Positions 7,738 through 16,393 of a stretch of 32,000 nucleotides of DNA are shown one piece after another; positions within the stretch are counted from its first letter, which is position 1; the number at the start of each line of letters is the position of its first letter. This DNA is from an uncultured archaeon (GTDB lineage: Archaea; Iainarchaeota; Iainarchaeia; Iainarchaeales; JAAZKV01), in assembly GCA_964551375.1 (NCBI GenBank), contig CAZKBG010000001.1, positions 1 through 32,000 of the forward strand. The letters run 5' to 3'. Made by a program: the position numbers and the translations under genes. The notes beneath the pieces are model-generated. The model saw only the letters and a list, made by a program, of their open reading frames with translations. It ran no database searches and had not been told where the DNA came from.

Positions 7738-8580
7738 TTAGAACTTTTTACTAAAATAAGGAATCAAATTCTCGCGGTATTTTTTATTTGCTCCAAAAGA
7801 ATCTGAAAGTTTTAAGTATTCCGATTTGATTGCATGAACTAGGGGAATTTCTTTTTTTGGAGAGTTAAACTCAAGTTCGTTTTTGATGCTGTCAAAAATT
7901 GCCGGATTAATCATAGCCCCTCTTCCAATCATTACTCCGCCAACGCCCATGCTTTTTAATTTTTGAACTTTCTTTGAGTTATTTATCCCGCCATTTGCAA
8001 TAATTTTACTTCCCCTCTCTTTAGCAGCATCCACGCATTCTGGGTAAATTGAATCATCCGCAGGCTCAATGCTCTTCTGCTCCGCGGTTTTGGCATGCAC
8101 TACAAAAAAATCAGCATCAATGGATTTGATTGAGTTAAGATACACTTTGTGGCTTTTCTCAAACGCATTAGTTCCAAGCCGAATTTTTAATGAAACAGGA
8201 TAATTATGCTTTTTTATAATTGAAACAAGCTTTTCGGTTTTGGCTATTCGCTTAACCATCGCAGCACCCCTTCCCTGTTCTATTACATTGCGGCTTGGGC
8301 AGCTCAAATTCAGGTTGAATCCTTTAAATCCGTCAAAAGGTTTGAATGTTGAAAGAAATTTTTCAATAGGCTCTTCGGTACCCGCAAGCATTTGGATTTG
8401 AACCGGAGTGCTGTCGCTGATTTTGATTTTTGCAAGCGTCGGCTTGTTCCTTCTAACAAATCCCTCAACCCTTGCCATTTCAGTAAAAGTCAAGTCAGCG
8501 CCGTGGCGAAAGCAAAGTGTCCTCATTGCATTGTCAGAATAATCCTCAAGAGGAGCGAGCATGAAAGAAAACATGCGCAT
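7738..8580 (-). CDS. dus: tRNA-dihydrouridine synthase (Dus family, FMN TIM barrel)
   Basis: The N-terminal ..MLAPLEDYSDNAMRTLCFRHGADLTFTEM, then NLNLSCP, VSLKIRLG, FVVHAKT and GVGGVMIGRGA, are the ordered Dus motifs. The start is ambiguous among ATGs at 8580, 8574 and 8562 and the GTG at 8583. Confidence 0.85.
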   Translation of the reverse strand: MRMFSFMLAPLEDYSDNAMRTLCFRHGADLTFTEMARVEGFVRRNKPTLAKIKISDSTPVQIQMLAGTEEPIEKFLSTFKPFDGFKGFNLNLSCPSRNVIEQGRGAAMVKRIAKTEKLVSIIKKHNYPVSLKIRLGTNAFEKSHKVYLNSIKSIDADFFVVHAKTAEQKSIEPADDSIYPECVDAAKERGSKIIANGGINNSKKVQKLKSMGVGGVMIGRGAMINPAIFDSIKNELEFNSPKKEIPLVHAIKSEYLKLSDSFGANKKYRENLIPYFSKKF

Positions 8581-8768
8581 CACTGACCAATTATCCCAAA
8601 AATATATTTGTTCATTTCAGAAGAATTAATCCCAGAAACCCATTGCGCAAATATTCCTTTCATAAATAGGATACCTTGCTGCTTGAAAATAAAAGAGTTG
8701 CTGTTAGGTTAATTGGCGGGATAATTATTCTATAAAAAAAGTCTTTTGACAGTTATCAAAAAATGAGC

Positions 8769-11288
8769 TTATTTCTTATTTTCTCTTGACTTTTTTCTCT
8801 TAATTGCTTCAGTTACAAAGAATAATTTTTCAAAAGAAAATTCTTTTTCAAATTTGTGCCTTTCAAGCTCTTTTAGGATTTCTTCATCTTTTGGCTCTGC
8901 GATTTTAATATCCTCGCAGATTGTTTTCTTTAAAACTTCCCAGTCGCTGATTGCGCAAATTTCGCCTTCATTAGTTCCCATCAAAAACATTAATCTCTTG
9001 CAAAAAGTTTCATTAGGGGTTAATTTGATTATTACTTTTGGAGGCTCTTTTTCCTCTCTCCACCTGCTCAAGCCAAAATCTTCAGGGTAAGAGAATTTTC
9101 TTGCAAGCTGTTTAGTTAGGAAGATATCCTTTCCGATTGTGAGAAAGAACTTCTTTTCTTCGCTTGTAACATTCTTTGACAAATCCGCCAAATCAAGCTC
9201 ATCAAGGAATAATGACTGAAGGTCAAAGAAAGTTTTAGCAATCCTGTTCATTCCCACAATTCTTTCCTTAATTGCAGTAGCATCATTTGAGTGCGCTTTC
9301 TTGTGAGTTTGGAGTATTTTCTTTGAGGACTTAAGCGAAGTAAGGGCTTTTTGAAGCTGTTTTGATTTTGAGCAGAAATCATTAAGCTCTGCATTAATTG
9401 CTCTTCTAAGCATGTCCTGCTCTGAAAGGGAAAGAGTGGAATCTTCTTTAGCAATTCTCTCAAGCTCCCCGCCATACTTGATTTTGGTAATTATCTTGTG
9501 CTTTAATGCCTCTTTTACGAACAACTTTGTTCCTTCAAAATCAGTAAACTTTTTGCCTGCGAATTTCTTTTGAATTAAGAGAATGCTTTCAAGGTTTGCC
9601 TCAAGCATTTCTGCGGAAGAAAGAATTAATGAATGATTCTTTGAAAGCTCGTTTCTAAGCGGAGTGAAATCTATCTCGACAGGGGCTTTGTTCTCTTCAG
9701 TTTCATCCTTTTTGCTTTCTTTTGCAGACAAAACTTCCCCAATCTTTTTCTTAGGGACTTTTGCGGCAGCGTTCTTTGCTTCTTCTAATTGGTCAGCGTA
9801 AAACTTTCTCCAGTCCTTTAAGTTTTCTGGATAAACTCTCTTAAAGAAACGCATAATTGAGTCAAGGTCGTGGGGAATTTTTATTCTCTTAATATCCTCG
9901 TTTCTTTCATAAGCAGCTCCCTGAATTAAGAGTTCAGAAAGCGAGCCCTTCTCTTCCTTAAGGGATGCTCTATCTACAAAGTATAAATCCCCATTTTCAT
10001 CCGCGATTTTAATTACTGATTTAAAATAATTCGGCTCAATCTTTTCATCAGTCAAAAGCCTTGTGATAAGTTCAGAAGGGACATAATAGTAAAGCACCGC
10101 TTTTTTGTGGTCCTTATATGCCCTCAATAATCTTCCAACTTTTTGAACAAATGAGGTTGGGTTGTAAATTGGCGAAGCAATTATTCCATGAGAAGCGTAT
10201 GGAAAGTCAATTCCTTCTCCAAGCGTTCCAACAGAAATTAAAATATTAAATTTCCCTTCAGCAAACTGCCTCTTTAAATCATTAAAGTTATTTTTTGTGT
10301 TATAATTCTCTGATTTTGAATGGTAAGATTTTGAAACCTTCTCGCTGAATTTCTCCGCAAGCATCTGGTTCAATAAATCAGCTTTTTTGATTCTATTAAC
10401 AAAAACAAGAGTTTGAAGACTATTATCTTTTCCGATATTAAACTGCTCTTCAAGAAGCCTTTGTATTCCAATAAAATCAACATTTTTTGAAGTGAACACA
10501 TCAGGCTCTTCATCAGGATTTTGTTCATGCATTTTCTGGTGCTTTATGAACTCCTTATGCTCCATTTCAATTTCTTCATCAGGCAAAAAGTCGTCATAAG
10601 CGCTTTCAACCAAATCCACAGTAGCATCCTTTTCATTTTGGATTTTTTTGAAGAGTTGTTTGTTAACAGAGTAAAAAACAATTTTAATCACAGGGTCAAG
10701 AATTATTTTATCCGTAAGCGCCTGCGAGAATGAATAAGAATAAACAATTCCCCCAAGGTTGAAATCAGAATCCTTTCCCTTCTTTTTTGGAGTAGCGGAT
10801 AAGCCAAGTTTGTAAATAATAGGGTTGCTTGGGAATTTGTAATTTTCAGTAGTGTTGTGCATCTCATCAACGATTAAAAACCATTCATGCTCCTTCCACC
10901 CGCATTCGTTAAAGAACTGCTTAATCTGGTGGAAAGTTGAAATAAAAATTTTGTACTTTGAAATCTTGTCCTGCGCGCACACATACGCCCTTGACTCGTT
11001 ATTGCTTGAAACTTCATAAATTTCAGAGCGCTTAATGTTTGAATATTCAAGAGTAGCGTCTATCCACTGCTGGATAAGAGTGAGCCTTGGGCAAACAATT
11101 AGAACTTTAAGATTGGGATTTTCCTCGAGTTTTTGAGTAATCATTTTTAGGGCAAGTATTGTTTTCCCCGCGCCGGGCACAGCCTGAATGATGCCCTGCT
11201 TATGTTTTTCCCAAGTTTCGATGGCCTCATTTTGCCAGGCTCTTAATTGAGGCCCCTTATACAAGGAGTGCATTAGGACATATATCAT
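8769..11288 (-). CDS. SF2 helicase (ResIII / XPB-Rad25-like core) with a ~430-aa C-terminal extension of unknown function
   Basis: Ordered helicase motifs: I VPGAGKT, Ia VCPRLTLIQQW, II LIVDEMHN (DExH), III GLSATP, V VGTLGEGIDFP, VI FVQKVGRLLRA (~10123-10149). Nothing downstream of motif VI (8769-~10060) matches a family I know. The start is ambiguous: TTG 11297, ATG 11288 or ATG 11273. Confidence 0.85.
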   Translation of the reverse strand: MIYVLMHSLYKGPQLRAWQNEAIETWEKHKQGIIQAVPGAGKTILALKMITQKLEENPNLKVLIVCPRLTLIQQWIDATLEYSNIKRSEIYEVSSNNESRAYVCAQDKISKYKIFISTFHQIKQFFNECGWKEHEWFLIVDEMHNTTENYKFPSNPIIYKLGLSATPKKKGKDSDFNLGGIVYSYSFSQALTDKIILDPVIKIVFYSVNKQLFKKIQNEKDATVDLVESAYDDFLPDEEIEMEHKEFIKHQKMHEQNPDEEPDVFTSKNVDFIGIQRLLEEQFNIGKDNSLQTLVFVNRIKKADLLNQMLAEKFSEKVSKSYHSKSENYNTKNNFNDLKRQFAEGKFNILISVGTLGEGIDFPYASHGIIASPIYNPTSFVQKVGRLLRAYKDHKKAVLYYYVPSELITRLLTDEKIEPNYFKSVIKIADENGDLYFVDRASLKEEKGSLSELLIQGAAYERNEDIKRIKIPHDLDSIMRFFKRVYPENLKDWRKFYADQLEEAKNAAAKVPKKKIGEVLSAKESKKDETEENKAPVEIDFTPLRNELSKNHSLILSSAEMLEANLESILLIQKKFAGKKFTDFEGTKLFVKEALKHKIITKIKYGGELERIAKEDSTLSLSEQDMLRRAINAELNDFCSKSKQLQKALTSLKSSKKILQTHKKAHSNDATAIKERIVGMNRIAKTFFDLQSLFLDELDLADLSKNVTSEEKKFFLTIGKDIFLTKQLARKFSYPEDFGLSRWREEKEPPKVIIKLTPNETFCKRLMFLMGTNEGEICAISDWEVLKKTICEDIKIAEPKDEEILKELERHKFEKEFSFEKLFFVTEAIKRKKSRENKK

Positions 11289-11387
11289 AGCAAACAATTA
11301 TAATGATTGCTGAAAAAACTTTTCAAAATTCACACACTTTTTGAGGCAAAGTAAGTTTTATTAATTTTGAAAACCCTTGTTTTACCA

Positions 11388-12029
11388 ATGGCAAGAAGAA
11401 GAACTGGGTTTAATGGACTTAGGGCAAACGAAGCACTTCGAAAGCTTGGAAACGGCAAAAAAAGCGGGGTTGGAAAAATATCCGCTCAAAATAATCCTCC
11501 TTCTGCGCCTTCTTTTCCAAAAGAGCATGAAATTTTTGTTCACGGCAGAGCAATGCTTCCAATGGCAAGGTACGATCTTAGAGTAGCTGATGCTGAAGAA
11601 AGACTTGCTGCTGAAAGAAGATCAAAAGCCGAAGTTGAGGCAAATGCCCGCATTGCAAAAGAAACAAGAGAACGCGCCGAAGCTCAAAAAATTGAACACA
11701 CAAAGCATATGGACTTTAGCGATGCAAGAGCAGTTTTTCTAAAACAGCATGACGCAAAGAACGCTGAAATTAGAATTCCAGAAAAAACTCTTAATTTGAT
11801 GCTTAATTGGACTGAAGAGAAAAAAGGAGTTGTTAGGGTTGCGCTTGGAACTGAACTGCGAAAAAAAAGAAACCGCGCGGAATATATTGGAAAAGTTGCT
11901 TTAACTGATAGCGAGTTTAAAAGAGTGCTATCTGAAACTCTTGCTCAAAAGCATAACATTCCATTCAAAGTGGCAGTGGCGTTTTCAAACTGGTACTTTT
12001 GGGCAAGAAAACTTCCAAGACCAAAGTAA
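11388..12029 (+). CDS. Hypothetical basic protein
   Basis: The track ORF starts at TTG 11367; the ATG at 11388 (MARRRTGFNGLRANE) is preferred. It has a charged coiled-coil-like middle (AEERLAAERRSKAEVEANARIAKETRERAEAQK) and a Trp/Phe-rich C-terminus. It is divergent from the helicase gene. Confidence 0.6.
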   Translation: MARRRTGFNGLRANEALRKLGNGKKSGVGKISAQNNPPSAPSFPKEHEIFVHGRAMLPMARYDLRVADAEERLAAERRSKAEVEANARIAKETRERAEAQKIEHTKHMDFSDARAVFLKQHDAKNAEIRIPEKTLNLMLNWTEEKKGVVRVALGTELRKKRNRAEYIGKVALTDSEFKRVLSETLAQKHNIPFKVAVAFSNWYFWARKLPRPK

Positions 12030-12296
12030 GTCTAATTTGTGGCAATTTTTAGGCAAATTTATAGAAATTTAGACACGCGTTAAAGTATTGACTTTTTTTA
12101 AGAAATATTCTCACCTTAGCCATGTTTAAAATTAGTTTTCGATGCAATTATGGCTGACAAAGGCAGAGCGCAAAAGTTTGGTATATTACTTGCACCGTTT
12201 AAATCGCCACTTTAGGCGGAATGCTAAGGAACTATTGCATGGTGGCTTTGTTTTTTGTTAAAAGTATGTTAAGTTGTCAAAATTAAGGTGGTTGTG

Positions 12297-12449
12297 ATGA
12301 TAAATAATGAAGGATTTGTGTCTGAGTTGAGCTGTGACGAACTGTGTGTTCTGTCAAAGAAGAAAAGCATGGATAATAGTAAAAAAGGCGGAAAAATAAA
12401 TCGGCTTGTGAAAAATGAAATGAATCAGCGACTTTGCGACCCCTGTTAG
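12297..12449 (+). CDS. Possible 50-aa four-cysteine mini-protein (MINNEGFVSELSCDELCVLSKKKSMDNSKKGGKINRLVKNEMNQRLCDPC)
   Basis: Not in the ORF track because it is under 60 aa. A strong AAGGTGG motif at 12285-12291 lies 5 nt upstream of the ATG. The CxxxC...CxxC arrangement has a basic linker, and a T-rich stretch follows the TAG stop. Confidence 0.45.
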   Translation: MINNEGFVSELSCDELCVLSKKKSMDNSKKGGKINRLVKNEMNQRLCDPC

Positions 12450-12483
12450 TTTGGGGGTTGCTGTTTTAGTTCTGATTGAACGA

Positions 12484-12521
12484 ATTTGATTTTGAATAAT
12501 GGATTTGATTTTGAATCAATG
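12484..12521. repeat. Tandem direct repeat ATTTGATTTTGAAT(-/C)AATG x2
   Basis: The copies are at 12484-12501 and 12503-12521, identical apart from one inserted C. They end 47 nt upstream of the ABC ATPase start at 12568. Confidence 0.8.
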
Positions 12522-12567
12522 ATATGAAAACGTATTCTTATAAGCGATTGCTTTTTTCAATGGTGAT

Positions 12568-13386
12568 ATGATGCCTTCAACTAAAGTGCAAGAAAAGATA
12601 ATTGATGTAAATGGTCTTACAAAAACATTTGGCAAACTTGAGGCTGTGAAAAATATTTCCTTTAGCGTGAACAAGGGCGAGATTTTTGGTTTTTTAGGAC
12701 CCAACGGGGCTGGAAAATCCACTACTATAAAAATACTCACGACTTTGCTTCTCCCCGACAAGGGCAGAATAATTATGAATGGATTTAATCCAGTTGACAG
12801 CCCTGATAATGTGCGAAAAAGCTTTGGAATAATTTTTCAGGACCCAAGCATTGATGAAGATTTAACCGCTTACGAAAATATGGAGTTTCACGGCGTGCTT
12901 TATGATGTGGAAAAAAAAATCAGAAAGGAAAGAATTGAAGAACTTTTAAAGATGGCTGAACTTTGGGACAGAAAAGATGATTTTGTTAAAACTTTTTCCG
13001 GCGGAATGAAAAGAAGACTTGAAATTGCCCGCGGATTACTCCACCACCCAAAAATACTTTTCCTTGACGAGCCAACTATTGGACTTGATCCTCAAACACG
13101 AAACCATATTTGGGATTATATAAGAGAACTTAACAAACTTGAAGGAATCACTGTGTTTTTTACCACTCATTACATGGATGAAGCGGACAAGGTTGCGGAC
13201 AGGATTGCAATTGTGGATCACGGAAAAATAGTTGCGCAGGGGACAGCAAAACAGCTTAAAGAAAAAACAAAGAAAAGAAATCTTGAAGATGCTTTCATTG
13301 AATTAACAGGGCATGAAATAAGAGAGCAGGAAGCAAATGCGATTGATAACTTAAGAAATATGCGAAAAATGAGGTATGGGAAATAA
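12568..13386 (+). CDS. ABC transporter ATP-binding protein (ABC-2 / DrrA-like exporter subfamily)
   Basis: Walker A GPNGAGKST, Q-loop, signature FSGGMKRRL, Walker B ILFLDEPTIGLD and an H-loop TTHYMDEA are all present. Confidence 0.92.
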   Translation: MMPSTKVQEKIIDVNGLTKTFGKLEAVKNISFSVNKGEIFGFLGPNGAGKSTTIKILTTLLLPDKGRIIMNGFNPVDSPDNVRKSFGIIFQDPSIDEDLTAYENMEFHGVLYDVEKKIRKERIEELLKMAELWDRKDDFVKTFSGGMKRRLEIARGLLHHPKILFLDEPTIGLDPQTRNHIWDYIRELNKLEGITVFFTTHYMDEADKVADRIAIVDHGKIVAQGTAKQLKEKTKKRNLEDAFIELTGHEIREQEANAIDNLRNMRKMRYGK

Positions 13387-13419
13387 TTTTGAAAAGATAA
13401 ATGTTAATTTTAAGGATAA

Positions 13420-14178
13420 ATGATGATTATGAATTCACCAGTGTATATTTTATGGCTTAGGCAAGTGAAGAAGTACTTCCGCTCAAAAACAAGAATAGTT
13501 GGAGCTCTTGGACAGCCAATATTGTTCTTAATCGCGCTCGGATTTGGATTCGGAGCAATTTATGCAAAAGCAGGCGGAGGAAATTACTTGGAATTTTTGG
13601 CTCCGGGAATAATTGCCATGAGCATTTTGTTTACTGCGATGTTTTCAGGAATTGAAGTTATATTTGACAGGCAGTTTGGGTTCCTAAAAGAAACGCTGGT
13701 TGCTCCTGTGAACAGAACAAAAATAATGTTTGGAAGAACTCTTGGCGGAGCAAGCGTATCCACTTTTCAGGGAGTAATAGTTCTTGGAATAGCAATGCTG
13801 ATGGGTTTTACAATTTCAAATTTATGGATGCTTCCTATTGCTATACTATTCATGTTCCTAATCGCGCTCTTATTCACCGCGCTTGGAACAGCTCTTGCTT
13901 CAAGAATGGAGGATATGCAGGGATTTCAATTGATAATTAATTTTATCATAATGCCTTTATTTTTCCTCTCGAATGCTTTATTCCCTGTGGATAATCTGCC
14001 TGAGCCCCTAGCGCTTGTGACAAAATTAAATCCTTTAAGCTACGGCGTGGATGGAATACGTGGAGCGCTTACTGGAGCAACTCAATTCGGATTATTTATG
14101 GATTTTAGCGTGCTTCTTGTAATTGTCATTGTAATAATGCTGATTGGCAGCAGAATGTTCTCAAGAATACAACTTTAG
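13420..14178 (+). CDS. ABC-2 type transporter permease
   Basis: 252 aa with about 6 TM segments. It starts 33 nt downstream of the ATPase gene, and its size and topology are typical of ABC-2 family permeases. Confidence 0.85.
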   Translation: MMIMNSPVYILWLRQVKKYFRSKTRIVGALGQPILFLIALGFGFGAIYAKAGGGNYLEFLAPGIIAMSILFTAMFSGIEVIFDRQFGFLKETLVAPVNRTKIMFGRTLGGASVSTFQGVIVLGIAMLMGFTISNLWMLPIAILFMFLIALLFTALGTALASRMEDMQGFQLIINFIIMPLFFLSNALFPVDNLPEPLALVTKLNPLSYGVDGIRGALTGATQFGLFMDFSVLLVIVIVIMLIGSRMFSRIQL

Positions 14179-14251
14179 ACAAAACCAGTTTTTTTTGATT
14201 CAAAAGTTTATAATAAATTATAATAAATATTGTTGCCTGTTATAATATTGC

Positions 14252-15613
14252 ATGCAAAATACACTTTCTGCAACTTTGCTTTTCATAATAGGGGCATTTG
14301 GGTTCATGCTATTTGCAGTTTCGCTTCAAGGCACAATGGAATCAGTTGGGTATTTTGGTCTTGACAGAAGCGATTTAATTTCTCCTGAATTTTTTAGTTT
14401 TCCTCAAAAAGAGGATGCTTGTTTAATGTGCGTTTCAAACGCCGCGCAAATAAGGCATTTTGAACTAAAAACAGAAAATACTCTTTATTCTGATGAAGAA
14501 AAATTTTACGGGCAATTATTTGAAGAAACTAAAGACGGGTTAGGCATTGTCAGTGAGGAAATTGGGCACAAAATTGGAGGCACTACAAGAAAAGCATGCA
14601 ATCCCCCAGTGATTAAACTTTATTTTGATGATTTGGATTTGAGTAAGGCGGGTGATGCTGGAAAATCATTTTTCTCAACCAAAACAAATCTAAATTATTC
14701 CGAAATTAGATTTACTTCCGAATGCGATTTATGGGAAGGGAAGTACGGCTCAGGAAATTTAATTAGAGAAGATTTTATTGCATGGCTGTTTAATTCATGG
14801 GGAGTTGCGACTCCGGAAACGATTGGATATGCAAAAGTTAAACTTGATTCATCTGATTCAAAAATCCGAAAAGGAATTGAGTACAATTATCTTATTCAGC
14901 AAAGAGAATTAAGCAGCGGGGATGAAATCCCTTTTTTAGTTCAACATAACTTTTCTGATTATTTGGAAGATAAAACCGCTAAAAAAGTTGATTTGCTTGC
15001 CTCAAATCCATTGGATAAAATTGTTTTCGAAAGAAAAGGGGATTGGGAGTCAATAAATATTGACTCAAATACTGCGATGAGATATGCTCTTCTGACAAGA
15101 TTTATCGGGCTTGAAGACAGGGGATTTTTTTACAATGAATCTTACGGGATGGTGAAAGATACAAATTTGTGGCAGCAAGTTCCTTCTGATTTTGACATGT
15201 CTTTTGAATGCAAATTCAACGCGCCAAAAGGAGTTAATTCACAAATACTTGGACTAAATGGGGGCAAGCTAAAAACCTCAAAAGAAAATTACGCTTCCTT
15301 TGTGAAAGAGCTTTTTGACAATCCAAAAAACCTAAGCAATATGCTTGTTTTCATTGACAAATTCCCCTTTGCCGACCAAAACAAAACAGAACTTCAAAAC
15401 TTCATAAAAATTAAGTTTTACTTATACGCGCTTTATTTTGCTTCAGATGAATTTGCGGATGAACTTGGAGTAAATAAATTGGATTTTGAAAACTTGCGGC
15501 TTTATCAAAAAGAGGCTCTTACAATCGGAAGCGATTCCAAACTAAAAACACTCTGCATAGATATTAATCCTCAAAAATATCTGATTTATGCAATAAATGG
15601 CAGGTTTGAATAA
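14252..15613 (+). CDS. Hypothetical N-terminally anchored, probably extracellular protein
   Basis: 453-aa ORF with a single N-terminal hydrophobic segment (LSATLLFIIGAFGFMLFAVSL). The rest is soluble, rich in Asp/Glu/Phe/Tyr and contains several Cys. No family recognised. It has its own A/T-rich upstream region after a T-run. Confidence 0.6.
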   Translation: MQNTLSATLLFIIGAFGFMLFAVSLQGTMESVGYFGLDRSDLISPEFFSFPQKEDACLMCVSNAAQIRHFELKTENTLYSDEEKFYGQLFEETKDGLGIVSEEIGHKIGGTTRKACNPPVIKLYFDDLDLSKAGDAGKSFFSTKTNLNYSEIRFTSECDLWEGKYGSGNLIREDFIAWLFNSWGVATPETIGYAKVKLDSSDSKIRKGIEYNYLIQQRELSSGDEIPFLVQHNFSDYLEDKTAKKVDLLASNPLDKIVFERKGDWESINIDSNTAMRYALLTRFIGLEDRGFFYNESYGMVKDTNLWQQVPSDFDMSFECKFNAPKGVNSQILGLNGGKLKTSKENYASFVKELFDNPKNLSNMLVFIDKFPFADQNKTELQNFIKIKFYLYALYFASDEFADELGVNKLDFENLRLYQKEALTIGSDSKLKTLCIDINPQKYLIYAINGRFE

Positions 15614-15641
15614 AAAGCAAATTTGCTTTGAGTGATTTGTC

Positions 15642-16388
15642 TTATTTATTGAATTTCTTATTAACTTCAGGAAGAACCTCAATAATTAATTTTTTCACTT
15701 TCTCTGCGTTATCTTTCATGGTTTTCATTACTTCTTCAAAAGTAACTGCTTCTGCACCGTCTCTCCAGCAGTCATAATCAGTAATTAGGTTAATTACCTG
15801 ATAAGGGATTTTAGTTTCCTTTGCAAGGCAAACTTCAGGAACGGTAGTCATGTTAATCAAATCACAATTCCAGTTTCTAAATAACTCGCTCTCGGCTTTA
15901 GTGGAAAACCTTGGCCCCTCAATTGTGACAATAGTAGTTTCAGCGCTGAAATTAAGATTTAATTCATGGCACTTATTTACAAGCACTTCTCGCAGTTCTT
16001 TTGAGAACGGCTCGCCCATTGATTCATGAATAACATTTCCCTGCGTTGTAAAACTTGAATCCCTTTTAGTAGTCCTGTCAATGAACTGCGAAGGAAATGA
16101 TAAAGTTGCTGGCATTAAATCTTCTTTTAACGAACCGCACGCGCTAGTGGCAATAATTGCACTGCACTTTAATTCCTTAAGCGCAAAAATATTTGCTTTG
16201 TAAGGAACTGTGGTTGGAGAGTACTCATGCTTATATCCGTGTCTTGAAAGAAGCGCAACTTCTACTCCATTAATAGTTCCAACTTTGATTGGCGAATGAA
16301 CCCCATAAGGAGTGCTAATAGTAACTTCCTTTGATTCCTTCAAAATCTTTGGATCCTCAAGACCCGAACCGCCAATAATTCCAATCAT
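15642..16388 (-). CDS. mtnP: S-methyl-5'-thioadenosine phosphorylase / purine nucleoside phosphorylase (PNP/MTAP family)
   Basis: MIGIIGGSGLEDP..., LLSRHG..H...P..VPYKANIFALKELKC and MTTVPEV.LAKE are typical MTAP motifs. The ATG at 16388 is preferred. The GTG at 16397 used in the track would overlap the upstream stop by 4 nt. Confidence 0.9.
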   Translation of the reverse strand: MIGIIGGSGLEDPKILKESKEVTISTPYGVHSPIKVGTINGVEVALLSRHGYKHEYSPTTVPYKANIFALKELKCSAIIATSACGSLKEDLMPATLSFPSQFIDRTTKRDSSFTTQGNVIHESMGEPFSKELREVLVNKCHELNLNFSAETTIVTIEGPRFSTKAESELFRNWNCDLINMTTVPEVCLAKETKIPYQVINLITDYDCWRDGAEAVTFEEVMKTMKDNAEKVKKLIIEVLPEVNKKFNK

Positions 16389-16393
16389 AAAAC

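Noticed and set aside
11388-11450. Twin-arginine (Tat) signal peptides in the MARRR.. and MPRR.. N-termini. This also covers the ORFs starting at 20891 (minus strand) and 25158.
   Set aside because: No hydrophobic h-region or A-x-A cleavage site follows the Arg pair in any of them. The downstream sequence is polar and charged.
11377-11586. 69-aa alternative-frame ORF overlapping the start of the 11388 gene.
   Set aside because: It is on the same strand in a different frame and is shorter than the 214-aa frame, which continues to 12029. There is no support for dual coding.
12294-12354. Possible C/D-box sRNA: GTGATGA (C-like), CTGA (D'-like, 12322), TGACGA (C'-like, 12333) and CTGT (12351).
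   Set aside because: The spacer between C and D' is ~21 nt instead of ~12, the terminal D box is CTGT rather than CTGA, and there is no terminal stem. The strong ribosome-binding motif and intact 50-aa frame explain the region better.
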